This document shows, piece by piece, positions 51,480 through 64,000 of a stretch of 64,000 bases of DNA; position 1 is the stretch's first letter; each line of letters starts with the position of its first letter. This DNA is from Lama glama (Eukaryota). Position numbers and translations under genes: made by a program. A model generated the notes under the pieces. It did not search any database. It was not told the DNA's origin and was given only the letters and a program-made list of their open reading frames with translations. Location of the stretch: assembly GCA_028534125.1 (NCBI GenBank), contig CM052817.1, forward strand, positions 23,066,001-23,130,000, in the 5' to 3' direction.

Positions 51480-52830
51480 CAATATTAATGAAAACATTAT
51501 GATACTGGCCTAGATATATACAAATTGACAGAAAAACCCCACATCTACGTGAATATTTGTGACATAGTTGGCTTTTTTAATCAGTCAGGAAAACCTTGAC
51601 TGTATAATAATTTCCTTTGGAAGCAATTAATTCATCACATGCAAAAGGGAAAGTATGAAATTAGTTTGACCTAACACTACACATAAATATTTTCTAATAC
51701 AGTAAAGACAGAATAATAAAATAAAAATTTAACATTGTTAAAAATATAGAGAGAAATATGTTTGTTAAGTAAAAAAAATAAGATTTTCTCCAATAGGACA
51801 CTCAATTCAAAAAATTTAAAAATGGGATTGATAAAATTGCTAATATTAACAGTTCATTATGACAAACGTACACAAATTTAAAAAATAAAATGAAAAAGTA
51901 TTTGAAAGATTTTGATATCAATTATATATAAAGAATATCTAAAATGTATTAACAAAAGACAGTTCATTAGAAAAAAAGCAGAAAATTGTGTGCAGTCAGT
52001 TCACAAAAAAAGTGATTTGGATGGCCAATAAATATGTGAAATATGTTTCTTCTGCCAGTAATCTAGAATATACAAATTAAAAGGAAAATGAGATAATTTT
52101 TCAAATTTAACAAAATTATACAAAATGTTTTTAAACATTTCCTACTGGCAAAATAGGAAGAAATGCAAAATAGGACACTTGTATTTTTGCTGATGAGATG
52201 CAAATTGTTAGAACACTTTGGAATGGGCTTCAGAAATAATTAACAAAACTAAAGACATGCATAACCTAAGACCTAGAAATTACACAGTATGCATGAAATC
52301 CAAAGAAAACTTTTACACTTAAACAAGGAAATATGCAAAAGTTCATATGACAAGGTTGTAATGGAGAATTGGAAACATTTTCTATTTATACCAGTGGAAC
52401 AATGCAAATAGGTTTAAAGTGTGTATGTGTGAGTGTGTTCTGTATAGCAGTACAAATTAATGACTAAATCTATATAAACCTGGGTTGATATTTAAAAAAA
52501 GAATTGAATAAAAAAGGCAAAGTACAAAATATATATTCACATGATAGCAATAAGGGAAATTTTAAGAAGACAATACAGTATATTTTTACACTATACATGT
52601 ATAGTAAATACATAAAAACAATATTAGGAAGGTATATACATTAAATTTAGGATGCTGCTAAAAGTTGAGTTGGACAGAGAGGAAGTGGGATAATGATCAG
52701 AACAAAGGAGACTTTTTTGTATGGATCCTCATTTCTTTTTAAAATTATATGGGGAAATACAGAAGTTTTAATATTTTAACAATATCTATGCTCTTGGCAT
52801 ACATGATGTATAATAAAATTTAACTTAAAA
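51480..52830 (+). mobile_element. Old L1ME ORF2 3' region and 3'UTR
   Basis: CAGTTCACAAAAAA..ATGGCCAATAAATATGTGAA, GCAAATTGTTAGAACACTTTG and GACCTAGAAATTACAC blocks. Confidence 0.7.
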
Positions 52831-55019
52831 GTTATTAAGTATACCTTATACATAACCTGTGTTATAGAAACAAAATTAGAAAAATTAAATTCAAAATTCG
52901 TTTGGATTTTTAATAAATTTCTTAGTAACATGATCATGAATAAGTATTAACTTCTTTATGTTTCCTCTACTTTATAATGTTAAAATAGTATTATATCGTT
53001 TTTAACAATAAACAATGATTTATTTTACAAACACTATATAAGTTAATTATCTCAAATGGCATTAATGGATATTTGACACTACTTTTACACTAAATAATAT
53101 TAACATTGTTTGCTCTCTATATATTTTAATACAGTTTCAAATTAGTAAACTATATCTATATTATACACATAAATTGTTTAATGGATTGGTATAAACTACT
53201 CTTTTGATTTTTTTGTACAAATTAATAGATTTACTTACAGAATAAGTTCTTTGCAAAAATGGTGGATAGCAACGTTCAAATACAGTGGCACATTCAAGTT
53301 GAATCATTAATCTGTCTTGCTTTCAATATAATATTTTCTTCTAATTATACATATATTTTATATGATGACACTTTGATAGCGATATTAAAATTTAATGCTT
53401 GGTAGATTTTGGCAAATTAGATACTTTTAGCTATTGGGCAGTTATGAATAGAGTTACAAAACTCCTTTACAGATAAAAATGGCATGTTTGTAGGAATAAT
53501 AAAGTAAATGTGTTTTTGTTATGCTGGGGACTATGACAAAAATATGTGCCAGTCTAAATGATTTGGTATCTCTTTTCCTTCTAGGTTTTAATAAATTATC
53601 AAAACAGACTATACTTTGTAGCATTTTCTGAAAATAAATCTATTTCTAACATATTTCTGAATTAATTTGAATAGATTTTGTGCAGAGGAAGTAATTTTAC
53701 ACTGAAATGAGTTGCATTGAATAACAACACCACATACAGATGCCCTCTCTAATTATAATATTTTTCTCTAGAATCTTAATTCAACAAACTCTCCTATTAA
53801 AGCAATTGCCCAAGTAACACTTTTATCTTTTTTGTTTGTTTCTATTAATGTTAAAGAGAAACTTTCATTGGTCTTTACTTTCATCGTTTGAAGTTAATCA
53901 TTTTAAAAATTATCATCCAAATGTTTATTTTTGGCCTGGTAAACTGAAACTGAAATATTTACTTTGAATCTGTCTTACCACTGTTTATTCTGGTTTCCAG
54001 TTCTTATATCTGATGAGCAGACAAGTAACACAAAGCAAAATATAACTAAGATTTGGTTTCCCGAAAAGTAACCGTAAAATGCTTCCTCTAGTCGGATACC
54101 ATGCTTAGAAAGTGTGGAGTCAGAAAAGAACATACAAACTTGGTTCCTGCCCTATGATTCAGTGAGGCTGTCAGTCTAGTGGATACTACCTGTTTTTAAA
54201 TACATTGTAAAAAATAATTTAAAACAAAATGTTTCATCTCTCCATAGAAATGGAGTTCAGAACCCTAACCACAAGACCATCATTTGAAATGATTAATAGA
54301 AACAATTGAAATGATAGATGGTATTTTAAAAGCAACTTATCAATTATTACTCAAAAATAAACTGTGAAATGTTTTATTTAAGCTTTTCATCTTTACTATA
54401 CCAAGATTAGTTGTTGGGTTGTTTGTTTTTTAAAGAAAGATAAAAGATAATGACAGTAAAAGGGGGGAAAAGGACTTCAGCAAGCTTGAGTCAAATGACT
54501 TAGCGATTTAGCTCAAATGTGCAAATTATTTTAGACTCAGAAAAAAATTACTCATTTGCATATTTAAATTTAGTATTCACATTCTTTTACAATAATGCTG
54601 TGATGAAAATTAATTCTCACATGTATATGGAGCATAAATAAATGTGCATATAATATGCGTCTAATGACTAAATGAAATGGTTCATATCTATAGTATATAC
54701 ACACATAGAGCTATATACGTACACTTGTCGATGGAGAGAGATACAGTTATCTTTGTATCATTTTGATAAGTGACTATTCTCCAAAAAGGGAAAAGAGCTA
54801 AGAATATTTTTGTAACAGTAATTTTAAGGAGGATATGTGAATGAAAGTGATATTCAGACATTCAAACTCTTGGAAAACAAACAGATGATAGACATGTGAT
54901 GAGGTTAACATTTAGAATTAATATAGAGTGCAGTATAGCTTCAGTGTGAATGTTCCAGTTATCAAACCACTCTAAGCCTTTTTTCCTTGCCTGTAATCTG
55001 TAGATGATAAACTAAATTC

Positions 55020-55165
55020 TCTCTAGAATGTAAAATCTAGGTGATAGGTATCTGGTTATATTCAAAACAAAGGTCTGCAGCCCAGACCTAGAACACAGCC
55101 TTGCATTTACGCATTGTTGAATACACATTGTTGAATAAATAAAAATCAATGAATCAGTCAATCAG
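55020..55165 (+). mobile_element. LINE-2 3' end
   Basis: CTAGAATGTAA...CCTAGAACACAGCCTTGCA...TTGTTGAATAAATAAA. Confidence 0.65.
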
Positions 55166-55714
55166 TGGATGCTTTTCACAGAGAAGTTTTGAAATTGGTC
55201 TTAACCACTTTGCTTAAGCATATAATACGTACCCACTAAACAGAATTTCCATTATAATCCTTCTTATCACCAATAATAATACAGATTTTCTATGCCTATA
55301 TCATAATCAACATAGGGTTTATACAATTGGAGGTCATGCCCTTTTCCTTGATAAGTTTTGTGGAATTTTCCATTTTAAATTGGTTTTAAATTATAGTCAA
55401 AGCCTAATGTAAATAGAGACTTTTATTTGATAGTGTATGTGAGGCGCAGGTAGAGTGACGACGTGAATCAGTGTGGACAGAAAATGAAATAAAAGGTAAA
55501 CCAAAAAAATTAGCTTCACTGTTTGAAACATTCCTTAGGATAAAATGATAAATCTATATAAAATAAGTCTGCACAGAACATTTTCTAATGGCAAGTTAAG
55601 GAGTCTAGATCTTTTATCATGTAATCAGTAGTGATTCTTAAGCTGATGGCAATATGATAAATCTGGTATTATAACAAGAATAGTCTGGTGCAGAAGTAAT
55701 AAAATTTTTCAGGT

Positions 55715-56200
55715 TTTAAAGCAATTTGACATCTTCTGTCAAAATATTGGTATCTGGCTTGCTTTTTTACCTCAACAATATCACTGCAGAGAATTTATAC
55801 TTTGGAAATCTTCTGCTCAAAATTTAAACTGTTAGATATAGTCAAAGCATTGCTTAAATTGCTGAATCATTTAAATCACCTAATAATGAGAATTATTAAT
55901 CAGATTATGGTATGTCCAATCGGTAGACTGATTTGTGGTCATTATAAAGATATGAGGGAGGGTGCTTTAATGAAAAAAATGATCGTGAACATAGAGGGGA
56001 ATTAGAAAATATTGGCTTTAGTGCCTCTATAATTTCTATGAAAAGTGTGTTCCTACCTTTGTGCTCTTCATAGCACAAATGTTCATAGAAGAGAGTCTGG
56101 AAATAATAATACACACATGTAAGAAATTTATCTGTACTTTTTAGATTTTCTGGTTCAAATATTCTTTGCCTTTATAAATTTTTTTAAAGAAACATTTTGA
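55715..56200 (+). mobile_element. Old L1ME 3' remnant
   Basis: AGATTATGGTATGTCCA and CATAGAAGAGAGTCTGGAA blocks. Confidence 0.5.
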
Positions 56201-57807
56201 AAGGAAATATCAAGCAACAGTATACAAGGTAGAATCTGATAAACCAAAAATTGAACTGGGTGCTGGAACAAAGGGAAGGTGAGTGTGCAAGGATGTGGCT
56301 ATGACAGAGTTTCGAGTTCTGTTGATCCATTGATGAGTTGCTAAGTTGAGACAAAAGTTGCTGTAGAAGTTTTGCAAATACTTCATTGTTGTTTTTATGG
56401 TTGTTCGTGTTGTTGGAGTTGTTTTGGTCAGTAATTCTTTATGAAGACAGTTTAAATTTCAAGTAACAGATAAATATTTGATGAAACCCTATGTGTGCAA
56501 CAAAAAATATTTTGTCTATATGAATTAATACATATTTACATACTGGGTTTTTAGAATAGTTTATTTTGTTTGTATATACTCTTGGTTCAGAAAGATTTGG
56601 GGCTTAATATAGAGACACATGAGGTATAATTTAACATAAATTAAAATAACAAAGATAAGTAAATAGTGTAGGACCATATCATGTCATAGCATGAGGATAC
56701 AATACAATATGATACAAGCATATATACTTGTGATGGTTAGAACACAAGTTTTCTTTTTACTACTCCATGAATCCCATCAGTGAAAAGAATTCAGGTTAAT
56801 TGCAAGGTATCTAATGCCTTAAATATCAAATTCTAGTTACCTTAGAGACTTAATATTAGACAACTTTTTACCTATAAGTAATCATAAAAATCAAATTATG
56901 TAATATCATTAACACCATCTTCAACAGTATTCCCTACAGTGGATCAAACAAGAATTTTGCAGATCTGTTTCCTATAGCCCTTTTTTGAAAGGGACTCTGG
57001 TGTGCAATTCAGCAACGTCGGTTCATTTTGTGTGTGTTGAGGGAATTGTGGTGACAGAGCAACAGTAAAATGTTAAAAGGTCCACATATACTTTTCCTGC
57101 TTATATGGATTTCAATGTTAATTTTAGAGAATTGAGTAGAATAGATTTTCTTTTGTATATTGTTTAAATTGTACTTTTGAAGGTGGATGGTTTTGAACAT
57201 TGTACCAAGATGGAAACTATTATGCATTGCCCATTAAATGTAGACCCAAACACCTTATAGTACTCAATAAAACATAAAAAATTTGCATATTGTGAAAAGA
57301 GAGTGAGAAAAATTTATTAGAAAATAGCTAGTTCATTACCTACCTTGACATATTACTTGGTAACTTGGCCATTTCAATCCCTGGTATTATGACTATTATC
57401 AGTCGACATTGTATTAGATATTTCATATTTAGGTGATTGAAATGTAGTGTGACAGGAAGAATTATTTAAATGTATACATAGTGATAGCAAAAATATTATC
57501 TATTTTAGGGATGGTAAAAAAAGAAACAATGCAAGAGATTTAATTATTAACATAATCTTTAGGAATCTAATATGATTCCTTGCTACATTTTAGTTTTCAT
57601 GAATACTTGTATTCATATATTTAAATATGTATGTTTTGGTTATTCGCTTACTTATTTATTTGTTTTTATGCCATTGTGCAGATATGAACAACATTTATGT
57701 TTTAGTAAGGCTCCCATATTGATTACAGCAATGATAATCTGAAGCCAGTTATCTTAATTTCAAGAAGTAATGTGTTTAACTATAGTTAATATAGCTGTAG
57801 TCTATAT

Positions 57808-58022
57808 TTGTGGTTTTCAGCCAGGAGCAGTTTTGTCCCCTTGGGGATATTTTATTTGATAATGCTTGGCAACATTTTTGATTCTTATAAACAGGGAAGG
57901 AGATCCTGGCATCTAGTGAGTAAAGCTAGGGATGTTGCTAAAAATCCTGTAGTACAGGAAAGGCCCGCCCAACAAACAGTCCTCTGGCCCAAAATACCAA
58001 AAATGCCATGGTTGAGAAACTG
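57808..58022 (+). mobile_element. MER20 hAT-Charlie MITE
   Basis: CTGGCATCTAGTGAGTAAAGCTAGGGATGTTGCTAAA...GGTTGAGAAACTG. Degenerate 8-bp TSD GTCTATAT / CTCTATCT. Confidence 0.88.
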
Positions 58023-58034
58023 CTCTATCTTTTC

Positions 58035-58158
58035 ATAGACGCGAGAATTTATAAGATGTGTACCTCTTGTGTCTTCAGTTCCTCAAACAGTGCATGACAT
58101 TCAATAGAGGGTCAAAAGCTAACAGTAAGAAGAACAAATGGATAAATGAATGAATGGG
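58035..58158 (+). mobile_element. LINE-2 3' end
   Basis: AACAGTGCATGACAT...ATGGATAAATGAATGAATGG. Confidence 0.55.
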
Positions 58159-59049
58159 AAGTTTTAAAATTCACACATACATATTCCTAGATAATTGTAC
58201 CTTTTTTCCCACAGACTATTAGTTACAGATATAATATAAATAAAACAAAAATTATATTTAGAAAAACTTTTCAAGAATGATATTTTAAGAAATTAGTTTT
58301 ATAATTTTTATTCAGAGGGAACATCTTTAAAAATCATGACATTCATGACAAAATGTAAATGAGTGAAAGAGATATATATATTAGCAACAATTAAAATACT
58401 GAAGTGGAAATTTTATATTCAAATATTCCTGAACTTACCCTGTTTTCTCTCTGATAAAGACTTGTCCAAATAACCCTCATCTCTTTCTTCTCTGAACTTC
58501 TCTATCACTGTTAGTCACTGCCTCCCATGTTATTCTTTAATAGTATTTAGGATACACTCATATCTTAAGGAAGGGCAGCAAGTTTCATTAAGAAAGATAC
58601 ACATAGGCAGGCTAATGGAAAGAGTTTCTGATAATGCACTACAGAAAAAACATCATATCAACAGCTCAGTATTAGCGTAACTCCTCTTAATTTTCTGTAA
58701 AGAACATATACTTTAAATTTGACCATATCTTAGAATTACTCTGAGGGTTGCAAACTTAATGTGAAAATCCCATTTCAACTGCATTCAGTATGTTCAATTC
58801 AGAAGTAATTGATTTTTCATCTTCACTTAGAAGCATAAAGCATGAGAGAAAATTTATGTATTGAAATAAAACCAAAGAAGTATACAGGAACCTATTGAAA
58901 AGCTTGACGGAAATTAAGATAGAAAATTTGAAGCATTAGTAACTGCTTTGGTTATGAAAGGCATCATTTTGGAATCTATTGTTCATTTTTTTCACTGTGG
59001 GTAGTTAGTTCTAAAATCGGCTTTGTTCTTTTTTGTGGCATTTCATGTA

Positions 59050-59215
59050 CTATAACTATTATTTAATTAATTTAACAGTGAGTTATTAAGCACTGTTTTT
59101 TTCAAATCCTTGTGATAGCTGCTTGGCAGAGGTGACAGAGTCAACAAAATAAATGTTGTAAGCTCCCCCTGCCAATCAGCTTTTATTTCTAATGAGAGAA
59201 GCAGACACGTATGAT
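59050..59215 (-). mobile_element. LINE-2 3' end
   Basis: ATTTAACAG..TTATTAAGCACT...CCCTGCC..CAGCTT..TTCTAATGAGAGAAGCAGACA. Confidence 0.5.
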
Positions 59216-60957
59216 AACACAGGGTGTGGATTCTTGGATAATCACATATTTATGTTCAAACTTGATCCTACTAATTAATTCTGATCATTATTTGTATTCT
59301 CTATTGCTAGAGAATAAATTGATTTAAAGGACAGCATTTCTGAGTAGTTTTATCCTAATTCCTATGACCTATATGTTTTAAGTGTACTCAAGAAATATAG
59401 GTTGATTTTAATTCCTAGTTTTGGCCTAATATTTGACTTCAAATATTTGTTTGTGAACTTACATATGTTTTCAATCCCAATTTTCATTGACTGATTTCTA
59501 TATCTGCTTCTACATTTGAACTGGCGTACCTGTGTTAGAATACATAATCTTAGTAAAATTTGTTTAAACAGGAAAAAAAAATCCTTGAGGCAAGTCAGAA
59601 TAGTTGAGTAAGTAGGAATGAATGGAAATGTACTTGGAAATATTATGTTGTAAGATCAGTCAGTTTCTGAAAAATATAATTAATACTATAATTAAAATTC
59701 ATATGAGTAAAACAGATATCCAAAAGCTTAGTTCAGAGAGAAAGAAATGTAAAATTTCACAATACGTGAAAGACATTTTATAGGCTTTAAATTAAAAATC
59801 ACTGATGTTAAAGAAAAAATTTTTTATAGCTGTATGAAAAGCATAGATGCACTGGGGAGATATAAAATTGACTACATTCAGAGAAATAGAGTGAAGAAAA
59901 TAAGTGAGACTATCACAAAATGTGGAAATTAGGTCATGTCTCATGGTAAAAGTCAGAGGACTGCTCAATTGTGTTTCAAGAGAAATGTAGTATATAAGAC
60001 ATAGAAAAGTAATAGGAAAGCATTTTTCAGTTTATTTTAGTTTTTAGTTATGAAACACCAACACCTTAAGGAAGGAAATTTTGTCATCCCAAAACAATAT
60101 AAGACAATATAGATAGCACAAAACTGATTTTTTTATTATTTTTAAAAATTTGTAGTTATTTCTGTTCCTACTAAGTATCCTGAATAAATATTAACCAGGA
60201 TGCAAAATTGGAAATAGAGAATTAGAAAGAAAAATGCTCTAGATTTACTATCATCAATCCATACCTCACTGTGATCTATTTCTTTTAATTCAGTATACTT
60301 TGTCCTTAAAATTTTGCCCCATTATCCTATGATTATTATCATCATCATCCAAACTGACTTTTTTCTTACCATGTATGCTGGCCTAGTCTAATATCAATTA
60401 GGTTGTTGAGACTTATGTTTCCCAGGTTTGCATTCCAAAAAAGAGTCAGACAAATAAAAAATATGCAATATTTAGGGGATAAAAATAAAGCAGCAACCAT
60501 TTTGCTCTGATGGCTGCTGTTGACTAAAGAAAATGAGAGATTAATACAGACATGCTAGTGACGTCCGGCTCTTGCTCTTTCCTCCATCATCACGAGCTCT
60601 CCTTTCTGATTGCTGGCCTTGCTGATGTAACAGCCACTCTTGGCTCAAAAATGTCTTTTTTTTTTCAGTCTCTGGAAAGCAGTAGCCACAAAGAGAACAC
60701 AAAGCCAGCATCAATAAAGTTAAAATAGAGATAAATGAAACAATAGAATGCACTAAAAAATAATAAATATCTTTAGAAACATAACAGAAACCTACTGTGT
60801 TAACTAGAAGTGAAGTTATAGGCATATTGAATTCTTCATACAAAACAGGCATGAGAAGCTGGAAACTATTGTCTTGAGGAGAAATTTTGACTAACAATAT
60901 TCCAACAGATTGTAGCATTAATGTATTTCACTAGAAGTAAATTTATCTCTCTCTTTT

Positions 60958-61344
60958 TGTATTAGTTTGTCTTTGTTAGTATTTTTTTTTTAATTTTAGT
61001 TATTTAACACATCTAGACAGAAAATTTATGTGAAGCAAGGGGCTGAATCTTACCAAACTGAGGATGGCAGTAGCCACAAAGAGACAACACCCTGCTGTAG
61101 GCTTGTGCAACATGTCCCCATCAAACTCCTTCTCTAGAAGCTGGGTGGACCTAGCTCTAGATTTCCCTGGTAACCCCAACTCTACCACCTACGCCAGGGC
61201 TGGATGCTGACCTTTCTTGGATCTTTCTAAACCCCTTTTTAGAGCTTTCATTTCCTCGTTCCTTCAAAATTGTGTAAAGTAGACTCCCTTGTTTCATTAG
61301 TCCCATAGTGTCCATGCTTCACGAATAGAACTCTGACTAACACA
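60958..61344. mobile_element. Old LTR remnant (ERVL/MaLR class, unassigned)
   Basis: TGTATTAGT start, GAACTCTGACTAACACA end and a GC-richer interior. Confidence 0.45.
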
Positions 61345-61719
61345 AGTTCACATCATATTCTAAGTTCTATCATGTACAGCTTCTTATTCTGTCATAGCTA
61401 CCTTTACACCATATTCTATTTTTTTTTAATTCAGTCACATTACAAAAACAATTTTCTTTCTATTTAGCTAAACCTAGTTTTGAAAAACAAAAATACCATC
61501 AAGCATGTCTCTGTTATCCAAATCAGGCTATTCATCTACAAGCCTTGGACAACTTTCTGAGAAATATCCATTCCAGACCTTTAAAATCAGAATCAACTGA
61601 TGCGTGTATTTTATATAATGTGTATTTTAAACTACGTATTTTAAATACTCATCAGTGAAGTAAAAGTATCAGCTCTGTGATACAGAATTATAGTTAAATT
61701 CATGTTATTTTAATAATAA

Positions 61720-61860
61720 TAATATGGATTTGAATCCTGGTTCATCCACTATGTAACTTGTGAAAGTTTCTTAATCTCTCTAAGCATTATTTTCCTCATA
61801 TTAAAATAGAATTAACAATACTACCTAACAATGTTGTAACAGGATAGATTACATAGTTAG
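61720..61860 (+). mobile_element. MIR SINE remnant
   Basis: TGGATTTGAATCCTGGTTC..CTTAATCTCTCTAAGCATTATTTTCCTCAT. Confidence 0.75.
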
Positions 61861-62129
61861 TGTTTAATTACTAACAGATTAATTGTGGTTAAATAAGCTA
61901 ATGATTATAAAAATGATTGTATTATAATGTTAAAATTACTGAATAACAGAATCAGTCTGAAACACTATGTGGTCAATCTACAACATAAATCCATCCAAAT
62001 TATCTCATTGTTGCCACTGACAAAAACAAGTCACATTTCCCTTATTCCTTTAACAAAAGTATTAGTTATCCTAGTAATTCTATGCTGGAAATCTTGACAC
62101 AGTCCTAGAATTTTCCTTCTTATTGTTAT

Positions 62130-62315
62130 AAACATTTGTTCTAAGTGCCAGGATATGTCATTGAGAAAATAGACAAATTCATGCTCTCATGGAACTTATA
62201 TTTTAGTGGAGAAAAAGAGAAGAAAATGAAAAATACTTAAGAAACAATATACTAGGTAGAAAGTGATTATTGTTAAAGAGAAATATAAAGCAGAGAAGTC
62301 TAGAGGAAGTGTCAG
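62130..62315 (-). mobile_element. LINE-2 (L2a-like) remnant
   Basis: GTTCTAAGTGCCAGGATA..AAATAGACAAATTCATGCTCTCATGGAACTTATATTTTAGTGG. Confidence 0.75.
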
Positions 62316-62689
62316 CTTTACTGAGGATAGAGTCAAATGTAAGAACAAAGTGGCTGCATGTTGGATTTAGGCAGAAGGACCATGAAAAATATTATAGGCA
62401 GCTTTGATTGCTAATGTATACAGGAGAATTCATATTACCCACCACAATACCAAACATTTTCTTGAGAAATGTGTTATAAAAATACTAAAAATTAACTTAT
62501 TTGTAGATTTTTTTTTAAATTGATAGTGTCATTCACAAAGAAATCCTAACAGTTTTTCTATGGATTATAAATGTAGGCATTTGCCATCATTAAAGTGGGA
62601 TTCTAAAGATAATTACATTTTAATACTCTATGAGATCTGACTAAAGACCTTCAAAAAATGAAGATGCAAACAACAAAACAAATAGAGTG

Positions 62690-63769
62690 AAGCAATGATA
62701 AAATTTAGTCTTTGTTTCTGATAAAAAATATTTATCAAATTAGGAATAGGAAGGATTTTGTCATATTTAACAAAGGATATCTCTACAGAAAAGAAAAGAG
62801 AAAAACAAGAAACAAAAAACCAACATATTTCATGGTGCTATTCTAGACTTTAAGATTGGAAATTAGAAGATAATGTTAATTTACTAATACTTCTGTTCAG
62901 CAGTTTACTGGAAATTCTAGCCTCAGGTAAAGGACAAAGAAAATATAAGAAATAAAAGAAATAAAGCTATATTCTCAAATGATATGATTATGAATGCAGA
63001 AAATCTAGAAAAATCCACAAATAAATTCATAGAACATTTATAAGTTAGCGAGTTTATGGGAATGGCTGGATAGAAGGTCAGTGTACAAAAATTTGAATTT
63101 TTATGCATGCTAAATAACAATTAGAAAATAAAATAGGAAAATAAAATAATTTGAAATAACATCAAAAGCATTAGATACATAGGAATGAATCTACCCAGAA
63201 AAAAACGTATAGTGCCATTAAACAATATGAAAACTTAAATGTAAATGTAAATGCTTATCAATTGATAGGCTCAACATTATTAGGATAGCATTGTCCCCAA
63301 ATAAATTAAATGATTTGATACAATATGAAACAAAACCTTATGGTTTGTTTTTGTTGTTGTTATGTGTTGTTGTTGTTTTAATTTTGTTAGAATATTGACA
63401 TTCTGAAATTTGTATGGTGATTCAAAGAGCAAAGAATAGCCAAGACAATCCTGAAGACAGATAACAAGGGAGTGGAGTTATTTTATTCTCTTAAATATAA
63501 ATATTTAGTATAAAGTCATATTAATTAAAATACTGTTTTATGGGTAGTAAGATAGAAAAATAGATCAATGGCAAAGAATAATGTTTAGAACAGACCAATG
63601 CATGGGTGGACAATTGATTTTTGACAAAAATAATATAGTAAAGTACTGAGGAAAGTCTGGTCACCTAATAAATTTCAATAAATGTTACATGTAGAGAAAA
63701 AATGATGTTTAACAATCATTCCACACCATACACAAATAAACTCCAGGTCCAATATTTATGTAAATTTGA
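62690..63769 (+). mobile_element. Old L1M ORF2 (RT to C-terminal) remnant
   Basis: CTGGAAATTCTAGCC, ATTCTCAAATGATATGATT (decayed FADDM) and AAGAATAGCCAAGACAATCCTGAAGA. Confidence 0.8.
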
Positions 63770-64000
63770 ACATGCAATGGAGAAAAGATAGTCTCTATAA
63801 ATAATGCTGGAAAAACTGGACAGCCACTTGAAATAAAATGAAAATAGATCACTCTCACACAATGCACAAAAATCAATTCAAAATGGATTAAAGACTTGAG
63901 TGTAAGATCAGAAACTATGAAACTCCTGTAAGAAAACATGGGCAGTATGCTCTTTGACATCTGTCTTAGCAATGTCTTTCTGGATATGTCTCCCCAGGCA
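63770..64000 (+). mobile_element. Younger 5'-truncated L1 ORF2 C-terminal region, runs off the window
   Basis: CAATGGAGAAAAGATAGTCTC...ACAAAAATCAATTCAAAATGGATTAAAGACTTGA...GAAAACATGGGCAGTATGCTCTTTGACAT. Confidence 0.9.

Noticed and set aside
60541..60918. 125-aa hydrophobic ORF
   Set aside because: Hydrophobicity follows from the T-rich strand composition, and I recognise no homology.
1..64000. CRISPR array, tRNA/rRNA, operon or defence-type system
   Set aside because: No repeat-spacer periodicity, structural-RNA signature or gene-dense organisation. The DNA is mammalian and non-coding.

Overview
AT-rich, CpG-depleted placental-mammal DNA, intergenic or deep-intronic, with a 500-N assembly gap at 32225-32724. 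I recognise no intact host gene, RNA gene or CRISPR array. The ORF-track entries are decayed LINE-1 fragments, chance ORFs or N-run artefacts. Much of the window is transposon debris: L1 of several ages, MaLR/ERVL LTRs, L2, MIR and three DNA-transposon MITEs. The best hidden structures are: (1) a heavily decayed ERVL-class pol fossil (PR-RT-connection-IN order, about 6.2-11.1 kb) that the ORF track misses and later insertions have split; (2) a tiny TSD-flanked polyadenylated retro-insert inside an L1; (3) a doubly deleted L1 with repair scars; (4) a twin-primed 5'-inverted L1; (5) a young CpG-rich L1 5'UTR with a 125-codon uORF running into the gap. L1 3'-end type and the lack of lineage SINEs suggest a cetartiodactyl, possibly a camelid (inference). 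I see no convincing novel biological system. Subfamily names and reference protein motifs are recalled, not searched. Boundaries of old repeats are approximate.
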